A stretch of DNA of 24,067 nt. It comes from Myxococcales bacterium (GTDB lineage Bacteria > Myxococcota_A > Polyangia > Polyangiales > Polyangiaceae). The stretch covers positions 1 to 24,067 of the forward strand of contig JAYWIA010001507.1 of NCBI GenBank assembly GCA_043789255.1, written 5' to 3'. Position 1 is the stretch's first letter. Each line of letters opens with the position of its first letter. A program made the position numbers and the translations under genes. Of this stretch, positions 8,683 to 16,255 are shown piece by piece. The notes below the pieces were generated by a model. That model had not been told where the DNA came from. It searched no databases and was given only the letters and a program-made list of their open reading frames with translations.

Positions 8683-8959
8683 GCGCGCCTGCCTCCGGTG
8701 AAAGTTGCCGGCTCCTTGGAGCTCCGCCGGCGAGAGCGCGGTATACGGTGACCCGCTCACCCGACGCTCGACCCAGTGACCGCTTTGGGGGCTTCGGGTG
8801 GTCCCAAGATTTGCCGTTGCGACCCTTCCGGACGGCTACGGCGGCACATTCACGGGATGGTCTCCCGTGGCCTTCGCCTTTTCGGCGACGTGCTTCGGAC
8901 ATTGGGAACGCGCTTCGGCGTTTGGCGCGTGCGCGGCGCGCCACCGAAGCGTCTCCCAG
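8683..8959 (-). ncRNA. Candidate structured non-coding RNA immediately 3' of tRNA-Met
   Basis: About 280 nt with no credible ORF and about eight helices, e.g. TGGCGCG/CGCGCCA + CGCTTCGG/CCGAAGCG + TGGGA/TCCCA (8903-8958), TCGCC/GGCGA (8874-8888), CACGGGA/TCCCGTG (8851-8869), GCCGT/ACGGC (8813-8836). Confidence 0.4.
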
Positions 8960-9031
8960 TAGCAGGGGGTGGGATTGAACCACCGGCCTCTTGGTTATGA
9001 GCCAAGCGAGCTACCACTGCTCTACCCTGCT
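8960..9031 (-). tRNA. tRNA-Met(CAT), initiator-like; CCA not encoded
   Basis: Full cloverleaf: acceptor AGCAGGG/CCCTGCT + A73; D stem GAGC/GCTC; anticodon arm CTTGG-CTCATAA-CCAAG (CAT at 8999-8997); T arm GGTGG-TTCAATC-CCACC. Confidence 0.93.
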
Positions 9032-9120
9032 AGGTGCCGCCCGAGGGGGCGGGCGGCGAGGAGAGTTTTACGTGGTCCCCACCACGGCCCTTTGCTCGGA
9101 TGCGACGCCGAGCGGGCGAG

Positions 9121-9498
9121 TTACTGCGCGCCGCGGCGCGCGTATCGTGCGGTGAGAGCAAGCGAGGAGCTTGCCACCGTGCCCGACCCTTGGGCGGTCA
9201 TGCGGAACCACTTCCAGCCCGCGGGAACCGGCATGCGCCACGCTCGAGTGTCGGACGCGGTGAGCGTTACGGTCTCGAGAGCCGGCGTTGCGATCTGGTA
9301 GTAGGTGATGCCGTCCATCGAGACATACGGCACCAGTGTCACGTTCGTGAGCGAACCGAGCGTGAAGTCGACCTGAATGTTTAGGTAGGAGCCCGAGTTC
9401 AGGTTGTTGAGGTCCACGCGGGCGGACGCGACCGCCCCCGTGGTGAGGATGGCCGCAGAGCGAATCACTTGCGACTTGTTGAGAGCAGAGCTTCCCAT
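9121..9498 (-). CDS. Putative capsid decoration/cement protein (125 aa)
   Basis: Beta-strand-rich small ORF directly after the major capsid gene, with SD AGGAAAGG. Confidence 0.55.
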   Translation of the reverse strand: MGSSALNKSQVIRSAAILTTGAVASARVDLNNLNSGSYLNIQVDFTLGSLTNVTLVPYVSMDGITYYQIATPALETVTLTASDTRAWRMPVPAGWKWFRMTAQGSGTVASSSLALTARYARRGAQ

Positions 9499-9526
9499 TT
9501 TTGTGTCCTTTCCTGGTCAGCTAGGC

Positions 9527-10672
9527 TCAGGTGGACTGAGCTAGGATGCGCTGAATGAAGCGCGAATCCAGGGTTTCAAAGCCTTGGACCGAGCGCCAAA
9601 TGACCTTGGCGGTCTCGCCGAAGTCGGTGTCGTCCGAGAAGCGAACCTCGGGGGGTGCGCCGGTCGCGCAGCCAACGCCTTCGGGTCCGAAGAGGAGGGC
9701 TTCCTCCACGTTCACGCCCGTGCCGACCGTCGAACCGTCGTTCGGGACAACGTTCGTCGGCACGTACTGCTTCAAGGTCGTGACCTCGAAAAAGTCGATG
9801 TCTTGGCACGATGCGATCTGCCCGTAGAGCATGTTTACGCCGTTGCCAGGGCCGGCGTTGCGCGAGAGGTTCGCCCAATCCGGGTCCTGCGCCATTTGGA
9901 TGTTGAAGGCCGAGGGGACCGTGCACACGTATCGACCGTTGGGGAACGGCTTCACGTTGCGGTCCTTGAGGCTCTTCTTCGCTCGGAGGATCTGCTCGAG
10001 CGCGAAGTACGCCGTGCCGCCGACAACGAAGTCGGAAGCCAGGGTGACGCCGTCCGGGTACGTGATGTTGCCCGTCGACCGGAAAAGGTCGCGAACCACG
10101 TACTCCATGAGGTTGACGTAGTCGTACTGAAGATTTTGGGTGACCTGGCTCGCGAGCGAGATCGGGGATTTCTTGAACTGCGCATCGAAGGCCGCGATGC
10201 CGTAGGGCTCCACGCGGTTGTTCGTCGTCGAAAACGGACCTTGAAGGAGCCGAAGCACGATCGAGGCCTCGGCCGACGAGATGCTCTGCCCGGTCGTGGA
10301 GGTCGGCTTGTCCGGGGTCTTCGTGCGTTGGTCGAGGGTGTAGCCACCACCAGAGAAGACCGGGCGGGTCATCTTGACGGTCGCGCCCTCTTTCGCCCCC
10401 ACGTCATCGATCGTGAGGATCATGTCCGGGAAGGTGTCGGCGAAGCGGATCAGCCGGTCCAGTTGTGGAGAGATGTCCTTCCCCACGCCGGCCATGCTCA
10501 CGTACTGCTGTACGGTTTGCGCGCCAGCATCGATGCGCATCATGTTGAGGCGCCCCGACATGAGCGCCTGCGCAAAGAAGTATTGCGGCTGAGGCTCCAT
10601 GAGCCGGAGGCCGGAGTTTACGGCTGTGACGAACGAGCCGGGTGCGGTGGCGGAATTGACAGAGTTGCCCAT
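9527..10672 (-). CDS. Major capsid protein (381 aa, resembles N4 gp56-like family)
   Basis: Follows scaffold; LKDRNVKPF..GRYVCTVP and C-terminal FSDDTDFGETAKVIWRSVQGFETLDSRFIQRI resemble this capsid family. Confidence 0.8.
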   Translation of the reverse strand: MGNSVNSATAPGSFVTAVNSGLRLMEPQPQYFFAQALMSGRLNMMRIDAGAQTVQQYVSMAGVGKDISPQLDRLIRFADTFPDMILTIDDVGAKEGATVKMTRPVFSGGGYTLDQRTKTPDKPTSTTGQSISSAEASIVLRLLQGPFSTTNNRVEPYGIAAFDAQFKKSPISLASQVTQNLQYDYVNLMEYVVRDLFRSTGNITYPDGVTLASDFVVGGTAYFALEQILRAKKSLKDRNVKPFPNGRYVCTVPSAFNIQMAQDPDWANLSRNAGPGNGVNMLYGQIASCQDIDFFEVTTLKQYVPTNVVPNDGSTVGTGVNVEEALLFGPEGVGCATGAPPEVRFSDDTDFGETAKVIWRSVQGFETLDSRFIQRILAQST

Positions 10673-10711
10673 TGAATGCTCCTTAAAATCTCCGCCCGCT
10701 TACGGCGTCGA

Positions 10712-11368
10712 CTACTGATTTGCCGGCATCGCGGCGTGGATAGCCGCGGCGTTGGCGTTGAAGAAAATGGCAGCGAGACCGGCGTTCTTCGCTTCGAGCG
10801 CCTTGTACTGGTCCCACATCGTTGGTGCCCCCGTGCTCGGTGGAGCGGGCGGCGCGTTGCTGCTGTTCGCCGGTGGCGGCTTCAGCGCGGGTGTGGCGGC
10901 AGGTGCCGAGGAGGGGCCTAGGACGCGCATGAAAGCGTCGCGCTTCTCGGCGTCGTCTCCGGCCTCTTCGGTGATGCGAGCTTGGACGTCGGCCGGGAGC
11001 GCGGCGAAGCGCGCCGCGACATCCTTCTCGAAGCGCACCTTGTACTTCTTGAGTTCGGGCTCGAGGGGTTCGAGTTCCTTGATGCGCTTCGCCGCCTTTT
11101 CGTCGGCGGTGAGCTTCGCGTCGGCGGCCTCTTTCGCGGCCTTCTGGGCGTTCGCGAACGAGGCTTCATCCTCAAAGCCGTTCGTCTTGAGGAACGCACG
11201 ACGCTCCTTCGCGCGCTCCTCTTTGAGGCGCTCCGCGAAAGCGGCGGACGACATCGAAACGGTGACTTCCGTGGGCGTAGCGGGAGGGGTTCCCGTAGCC
11301 GGTGGCGTCACTGGGGGCGTGACTGGGGGCGTGGTGGAATCGGTGGGCGGAACGATCGGGTCGGTCAT
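10712..11368 (-). CDS. Capsid scaffolding protein (218 aa)
   Basis: Pro/Thr-rich N-terminus, charged coiled-coil core, Pro-rich linker and short C-terminal helix, immediately upstream of the capsid gene. Confidence 0.75.
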   Translation of the reverse strand: MTDPIVPPTDSTTPPVTPPVTPPATGTPPATPTEVTVSMSSAAFAERLKEERAKERRAFLKTNGFEDEASFANAQKAAKEAADAKLTADEKAAKRIKELEPLEPELKKYKVRFEKDVAARFAALPADVQARITEEAGDDAEKRDAFMRVLGPSSAPAATPALKPPPANSSNAPPAPPSTGAPTMWDQYKALEAKNAGLAAIFFNANAAAIHAAMPANQ

Positions 11369-11441
11369 GTGGGGTCGGGCTCCTACTCGCGATATCGCCC
11401 GCGAGAGCGTTGGAGGTGCCGGGTGGCCGCCCGGCGCGGGG

Positions 11442-11486
11442 TCAGCAGGGGCGAGGTTTGCCCTTGCCCTTTTTCTTCTTCGTCAT
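11442..11486 (-). CDS. Candidate 14-aa polybasic micro-protein MTKKKKGKGKPRPC
   Basis: ATG 2 nt after the upstream stop; SD GGAGG (11498-11494) 7 nt upstream; TGA at 11444-11442. Confidence 0.5.
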   Translation of the reverse strand: MTKKKKGKGKPRPC

Positions 11487-11488
11487 GC

Positions 11489-11902
11489 TCAGGCCTCCGT
11501 GAAGCCGACGAGAATTCCGATGGGTGTGGACAGCACCGGAACCGCCGTCGCATCGGTAAACTCAGTGGCCACGTCGATGGTCTTGGCGACAGACGACAGC
11601 GTCAGCTCGCACGTGATGTTTGCAGCCGCGATGGCCAGGGTCTTCAGAGCAAGGAAGACGTCCGGATCGGATGCGCGGCGGCCTGGCTGCCAAAGGGCCA
11701 GCGTGCCGGGCACCATGGTGACGGTCTTGCCGTTTCGGCGGCCGTTCTGAATTAGCGCCGGTACGTTGACAATGCGAAGGTTGTCAGCCTGCGCGTAGGT
11801 TCCGGAAGGGCTGAAGAAGAGAACCGCGTATTGCAGCGGGTCGTTTTCGTTGGCCTTCAGGATCATGAAGGTGTCGAGGCTGGTGATGTCTACGATCGCC
11901 AT
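11489..11902 (-). CDS. Hypothetical protein (137 aa), possibly a virion component
   Basis: Plausible beta-rich ORF within the head module; no recognised motif. Confidence 0.65.
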   Translation of the reverse strand: MAIVDITSLDTFMILKANENDPLQYAVLFFSPSGTYAQADNLRIVNVPALIQNGRRNGKTVTMVPGTLALWQPGRRASDPDVFLALKTLAIAAANITCELTLSSVAKTIDVATEFTDATAVPVLSTPIGILVGFTEA

Positions 11903-11970
11903 GGGTGAGTCTCTTTCGTCGTTGGGGGCGCCCCGTTGGGACGCCTGTTGTCGTGAGCGCGGCTATGGCC

Positions 11971-12288
11971 TCAGGCGAGGCCGTCCGCACCCTCGTCGGC
12001 GCCCTCTGCGCCCGGGGTCTCCGGGGCCGCGGGTTCACTGCCGGCGGGTTCGCCCGCGCCAGACTTGGCCGCCCGAGCCTGCGCTCGGCGTTGGGCCTTT
12101 GTGAGCTTTTCGGGCGAATCCCCCGCGGTGGGCTCGCCTGCTCCCTCTCCCTCGTCGGCGCCCTCTGCGCCCGGGGTCGCCAAAGGATGCCCTTCGGGGG
12201 AGCATGCGCGACAGGTCATTCCTGACTTCACCGCTTCCAGCGGAGGCGCGATCTGCGTGGAGCACGTCGAACAAAAATAGGCGGGCAT
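11971..12288 (-). CDS. Zinc-ribbon protein with low-complexity tail (105 aa)
   Basis: CSTC...CRAC motif followed by an Ala/Gly/Glu/Pro-rich tail. Confidence 0.6.
   Translation of the reverse strand: MPAYFCSTCSTQIAPPLEAVKSGMTCRACSPEGHPLATPGAEGADEGEGAGEPTAGDSPEKLTKAQRRAQARAAKSGAGEPAGSEPAAPETPGAEGADEGADGLA
11990..12178. repeat. 30-bp perfect direct repeat (11990-12019 and 12149-12178) encoding TPGAEGADEG twice
   Basis: CCCTCGTCGGCGCCCTCTGCGCCCGGGGTC read at both positions. Confidence 0.9.
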
Positions 12289-12301
12289 GTCGGATCCTTG
12301 G

Positions 12302-14044
12302 TCAGCCCTTCAAGGGCGGTTTCGGAGGAGTCTGTTTTGCCGGGTTTGGCGGAGTGCCAGGTACCGGCGGCCCGCTGGCCTGCATCGCCTTCACGGCGAG
12401 GGCGGCTGCTTCGTCCTTTTCGGACTTGGCATTGTCGTGTTCGTCGTCCGAGTTCTCGACGCCGAAGGACTTGGCCACGTGCTCGGTAGCCGTCTTGCTA
12501 GCGATGAGTCCGCCGTCCTTGGCGTCCAGCGCGGTCGTGGTCTCGGCCTGCTTTTCCGAGGCGCTTGGCGTGAAATACGGGCCCCAAGCAAGGGTGACCT
12601 TCGGGAGGCGCCACGAAGTTCCCTCGGTCGTTTCGACCTCGAAGCGTTTGGCGAGCTTGGCGAGCGTAGGTCCCCGTCGGAGGTGCATCCCATCCGCACC
12701 GCGATCGGCGAGCATCCGAAGGAACATCGCGAGGACCGCCTTGAGAGCCGGCTCCCAAGTGGCGAGGCGCATGCGGTCGGAAAGCGCGATCATGCGCGCG
12801 TAGATCATGCGTAGGAGCGAAACGGTTAGCTCCCCGCCGCCGAGGATTTCCTTGGGGGAAAGCAGCGTCACGCCCATCATTTCGAGGGCGCGGGCGCGGA
12901 TGTCGTCCACGTGGAGTGTAGCGACCTCGAAGGCGCGCCCAGTCGTTTCGAGCAGGCCAAGCCTTACGGCAGGGTCCTCGTATGACCAGATCTCGCCGGG
13001 GCCCGATTTGCGCGCCTGGTCGGCCACGTGGCCATGTGGTGCCGAGTGTTCCGTTCGTGCACTCGCTCCGCGGCCATGGGCTCCGGGGCCGTCGTCGTCG
13101 CCAACACCTGTTTCCCAGGTTTGGGGGGTGCCGAAGTGGTGGATTCCACGGTGCCGCTGCGAAAGGGCTAGGTTGAGCGCGTCCGACTCGTCAAGAAGCC
13201 CGTCGTAGAGCGAGCGTCCGTCGAGGTCGGCATGGGACCGCGGCATGTTCCGGACCCACACGACAGGACAGAAGGAAAAGCCGTGCTGTTCGCGCGATTT
13301 CTCAATCCACTTGGGTGCGTCCGAACGCGTGTCTTCGTCGGCAAGCGGCTCGTAATGAATGACCTCGGTGGCGGTGTAGTCGCGTCGGAACCAAGCGACA
13401 TCGTATTTCACGAGGCCAGCCTCGACCCGCATTCGCTCGAACCGGTAGCACCACGTCATCCCCTCGACGGGGCGCGCTGGATCGTCCTTGGTAAACTTCG
13501 GCCAACAGTCGCGAGCGTGAGGAAGCTCGAGGGAGAACATCCCGTCTCGGATCGACCCGATCGCCACACCAGTGCGGGCGGCCACGGCTCTCTGTGCAAG
13601 CTCGTAGAATGCGCATCGAAGCTGGGATTCTTCTACGATCTCATCCAACGAGTCTTTGAGGAGTTCCGCGTCAGCCTCGGAAATGGCGAGCTGAGAGACG
13701 TCGTCGTCGGCCTCCGCCTCTTCGACCTTGATTTGCGGCCAGCGTTCGCCGCCGAGCATGAAATCCAGAAGCTCGCCCACGGCCGTAGCCGCGAGTCCGT
13801 ACGTGATGCACGGGGCCCGCTCCCGGAGCGGAACAACCTCGCCGTTGCCCTTCCGTCCCGTGAAGAAGTCGGGAAGGCCCTTGTACTGGTCGCCGTCGAA
13901 GTAGGCTTGAAGGCGCTGAAGCTCCTTGTACCGCTTCAAACTCGGTAGGAGGTGCGGGGGAACCGAAGGCTCCACACGTGCAGATGTCTCGACGCCCGCG
14001 GCGGATTCGGTGCTTACGGTCCCGAAGGCTCGTTGGGAATGCAT
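12302..14044 (-). CDS. Portal protein (580 aa, SPP1 gp6-like)
   Basis: Directly after TerL; FCPVVWVRN, LDGRSLYDGLLDESDALNLALSQ and VTLAWGPYF segments are typical of portals. Confidence 0.85.
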   Translation of the reverse strand: MHSQRAFGTVSTESAAGVETSARVEPSVPPHLLPSLKRYKELQRLQAYFDGDQYKGLPDFFTGRKGNGEVVPLRERAPCITYGLAATAVGELLDFMLGGERWPQIKVEEAEADDDVSQLAISEADAELLKDSLDEIVEESQLRCAFYELAQRAVAARTGVAIGSIRDGMFSLELPHARDCWPKFTKDDPARPVEGMTWCYRFERMRVEAGLVKYDVAWFRRDYTATEVIHYEPLADEDTRSDAPKWIEKSREQHGFSFCPVVWVRNMPRSHADLDGRSLYDGLLDESDALNLALSQRHRGIHHFGTPQTWETGVGDDDGPGAHGRGASARTEHSAPHGHVADQARKSGPGEIWSYEDPAVRLGLLETTGRAFEVATLHVDDIRARALEMMGVTLLSPKEILGGGELTVSLLRMIYARMIALSDRMRLATWEPALKAVLAMFLRMLADRGADGMHLRRGPTLAKLAKRFEVETTEGTSWRLPKVTLAWGPYFTPSASEKQAETTTALDAKDGGLIASKTATEHVAKSFGVENSDDEHDNAKSEKDEAAALAVKAMQASGPPVPGTPPNPAKQTPPKPPLKG

Positions 14045-14050
14045 GTCGAC

Positions 14051-15478
14051 CTACTCCGCGGTGGCGCGTTCGTCGTGAGTGATGCCCTTCCGAGCGCCGA
14101 AGCGGTCGGGGAAGCGGTGCACGAGGCCATACCGAAGGGAGTCGAGAGCGTGGTTGTTCGCGTCCTCGATGGCTTCGAGGGTGGCCTCGGGATTCTTTGG
14201 GTCGCGCTTCCGTCGGTAGAGCCCGAACTCGTCAATCGTGTTCTTGCAGCGAGGGTGGACGAAGAGGTGGGAAAACTCTTCGCGACGCTCGACACCATCC
14301 TCGCCACGCACGCGGCGAGAGCGGACGGAAAGCCAACGCTGAAGAACGGTGACGCCGTTCTCGACGCTACCGGCCCCCTTCAAGACCTTTTGGATGTTCG
14401 CGCCGAGCTTGCGCCATCCGGCTAGGACGGAAGGGTTCGCCGGGTCGGGGTACCACTTCGCGCGAGGGTAGTGCCCAACCAGCCGAGTGACCTGTTCGTC
14501 CCACCATACGGGGTCGCGTTCGGTCTCGTAAACCTCGTCAAGAACCCACGCGATCGCGTCCTTGCCGCGGCCAAGGATGCCAACGGTGAGGATGCAGCCA
14601 GGGTCAGAAAACCCGTGGTCCGCGCAGTAGATAATTTCCTCCCACATGGTCCCTGGCGGGGGGACGCGGACGTGGAAGCCCTCGAGAAACATCGGATACA
14701 CGAGGCCTTCGCTCGCATCGAAGTCGCAGAGGTATTCGCGCTTGAAGATCGCGGGCGGAGTGTCGCTTTTGACGTCGTCCAGGTAGGACGGGTCAACGAT
14801 TTCCGGAGCGTCGTAGGCTGTCGCGTGGAAGCTCTTGAAGCGGAAGTGCTTCTTTTCGCGCGCGATCTGCGGCCATTCGTGGTGAGCCTCCCAGAGGAAG
14901 CCCTTGCGGCCGCGCCGCGGCGTCCCGCTCACCACCAGCATGCGGAGCGAGTGCGGTTGCGTGAACCAGGGCTTTACGATCGCGGAGATCATGCCCGAAT
15001 CGAGGTCGTCGGCCTCGTCGCAGCAAACGACGTCGCAGCGGATGCCGCGCGCCAGAAACGCGCGTTGCGAGCTGACGAACTGGACCCAAGAGCCGCCCGG
15101 GAACGAGATGCGCCAGGTGGTGCGGTTGACCTTGCCTCCGAGCGTGGCCCACTGGCTCTCGAGTTCGTCGAGAATCAGATCGCCGTGCACCTTCGTGGCC
15201 TGCGCCAACGTGGGCATGACGAGCACGATGCGGATGCCCGGACGGGGTGCGCCTGGACGAAGCCGGAACTCCCAGCGCTGGACGAGCGCCCACCAAAGGA
15301 GGCGCACGAACCAGCTCTTGCCGATGCCGCGGCCCCAAGGGAGGCACACGCGAAGACCGCGCATCGTGGCGCGGTCGGGGTGCATGAGGTGCGCCCATGC
15401 GAGGGATTGGGCTTTGCACTTCCGAAGGTCGACGTGTGGGTCGATCGCGATGTCTTCGACCTCGCCGAGATCGGTCAC
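14051..15478 (-). CDS. terL: Terminase large subunit (475 aa)
   Basis: Walker A GRGIGKS, Walker B VVCCDEA, coupling motif SGTP, nuclease ADHGFSDP and NHALDSLRY. Confidence 0.95.
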   Translation of the reverse strand: MTDLGEVEDIAIDPHVDLRKCKAQSLAWAHLMHPDRATMRGLRVCLPWGRGIGKSWFVRLLWWALVQRWEFRLRPGAPRPGIRIVLVMPTLAQATKVHGDLILDELESQWATLGGKVNRTTWRISFPGGSWVQFVSSQRAFLARGIRCDVVCCDEADDLDSGMISAIVKPWFTQPHSLRMLVVSGTPRRGRKGFLWEAHHEWPQIAREKKHFRFKSFHATAYDAPEIVDPSYLDDVKSDTPPAIFKREYLCDFDASEGLVYPMFLEGFHVRVPPPGTMWEEIIYCADHGFSDPGCILTVGILGRGKDAIAWVLDEVYETERDPVWWDEQVTRLVGHYPRAKWYPDPANPSVLAGWRKLGANIQKVLKGAGSVENGVTVLQRWLSVRSRRVRGEDGVERREEFSHLFVHPRCKNTIDEFGLYRRKRDPKNPEATLEAIEDANNHALDSLRYGLVHRFPDRFGARKGITHDERATAE

Positions 15479-16044
15479 GCGTCCTCGTCGCCGTCCTCGT
15501 CCTTGCGGGGGGTCTCGCTTGGGCCCTTCTCCACCGGGGTCTCTCCGTCGTCCTCGGACGGAAGAACCTGGAAGATGACTTGGAGGCCGGCTTTCTTCTC
15601 GCCGCTGTCCGCCGTGACGTCCACGAGGAGAGTTTCGCGGGAGCTTCCGAAGAATTCAGGCCATCGGCGAGAGAGCATCCACTGGGCGGTGGCTACTCGC
15701 ATTGGCGAAAGCTTGGACCGAATGGCCTTGGCCGGATCCTTCTTCGACCGCCGAAGGCCCGTGGCGGCTTCGACGATGATGTTGACGTAGAGCTCGGCGC
15801 CCATGGCCTTGGCTCGCCTACAAGCGTCTACAAAGTCCTTGTAAAGCGCGGTCGGCGGGCGGTCCTTGTCCTTGCCCTCGCCACGCCGAAGCCATCCGTG
15901 GATGGTGGAGCGGGCGACGCCGCAGGACTCGCCCGCAAGCTCCAAGGGCATGCCCTTGTGGAGTTTGGAGACGATCTGCTTTTGCAGCGCTGGCGTGAGC
16001 TTGGAGGGCCGTCCAGTGCGGTCGGCTGTCTTTGGGTTGGTCAC
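15475..16044 (-). CDS. terS: Terminase small subunit (189 aa)
   Basis: GTG 16044; GRPSKLTPALQKQIV plus HTH (LAGESCGVARSTIHGWLRRG), AQWMLSRRWPEFFG; GTGA overlap with TerL. Confidence 0.85.
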   Translation of the reverse strand: MTNPKTADRTGRPSKLTPALQKQIVSKLHKGMPLELAGESCGVARSTIHGWLRRGEGKDKDRPPTALYKDFVDACRRAKAMGAELYVNIIVEAATGLRRSKKDPAKAIRSKLSPMRVATAQWMLSRRWPEFFGSSRETLLVDVTADSGEKKAGLQVIFQVLPSEDDGETPVEKGPSETPRKDEDGDEDA

Positions 16045-16130
16045 GGCGGGCCCTTCTACGTGCCGGTACGCTGGCACGAAGCGAGGAAGGGGCCCCCTTT
16101 CGGGGGCTTTGGGTGGCGTCGTATCGAGGG

Positions 16131-16225
16131 AGCACCGGGCGGGAGTCGAACCCGCGTGTGGAAGCCCTCCTTCGGTTTGCATCCGCTTTCCAGGGCGGCG
16201 CCTTTCCGATTGGCTACTTCGGTGC
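16131..16225 (-). tRNA. Atypical tRNA-Ser(GGA)-like RNA (95 nt, long variable region), possibly pseudo-tRNA
   Basis: GCACCG/CGGTGC acceptor with AA bulge, TAGCC-AATCGGAAA-GGC D arm, CCGC-CCTGGAAA-GCGG anticodon arm, 27-nt variable region, GCGGG-TTCGACT-CCCGC T arm, U73. Confidence 0.7.
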
Positions 16226-16255
16226 AGACACCATCTTGCGATGGCGGGGAAGTTT

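Noticed and set aside
8683-8760. N-terminal extension of the adaptor gene from GTG 8760
   Set aside because: ATG 8682 has a good GGAGG SD, and the extension coincides with hairpin-rich sequence.
8813-8836. GTCCGGAAGG resembling the SRP (4.5S) RNA helix 8 tetraloop
   Set aside because: The conserved CAGG/AGCA internal loop and the long SRP stem are absent.
8960-9031. tRNA as an attachment site or prophage boundary
   Set aside because: Phage structural genes continue on both sides and no duplicated tRNA 3' fragment or integrase is seen in the window.
14051-15478. Intein or intron in the terminase large subunit
   Set aside because: Length (475 aa) is ordinary and no splicing or homing-endonuclease motifs are seen.
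16048-16130. TCCTCGCT (identical to the HDV ribozyme L3 loop) 3' of the tRNA-Ser-like RNA, suggesting a theta ribozyme
   Set aside because: No P3 pairing, no GG for P1.1 and no J4/2 catalytic C in place. The region after tRNA-Met also fails the HDV topology. A covariance-model search would be the final test.
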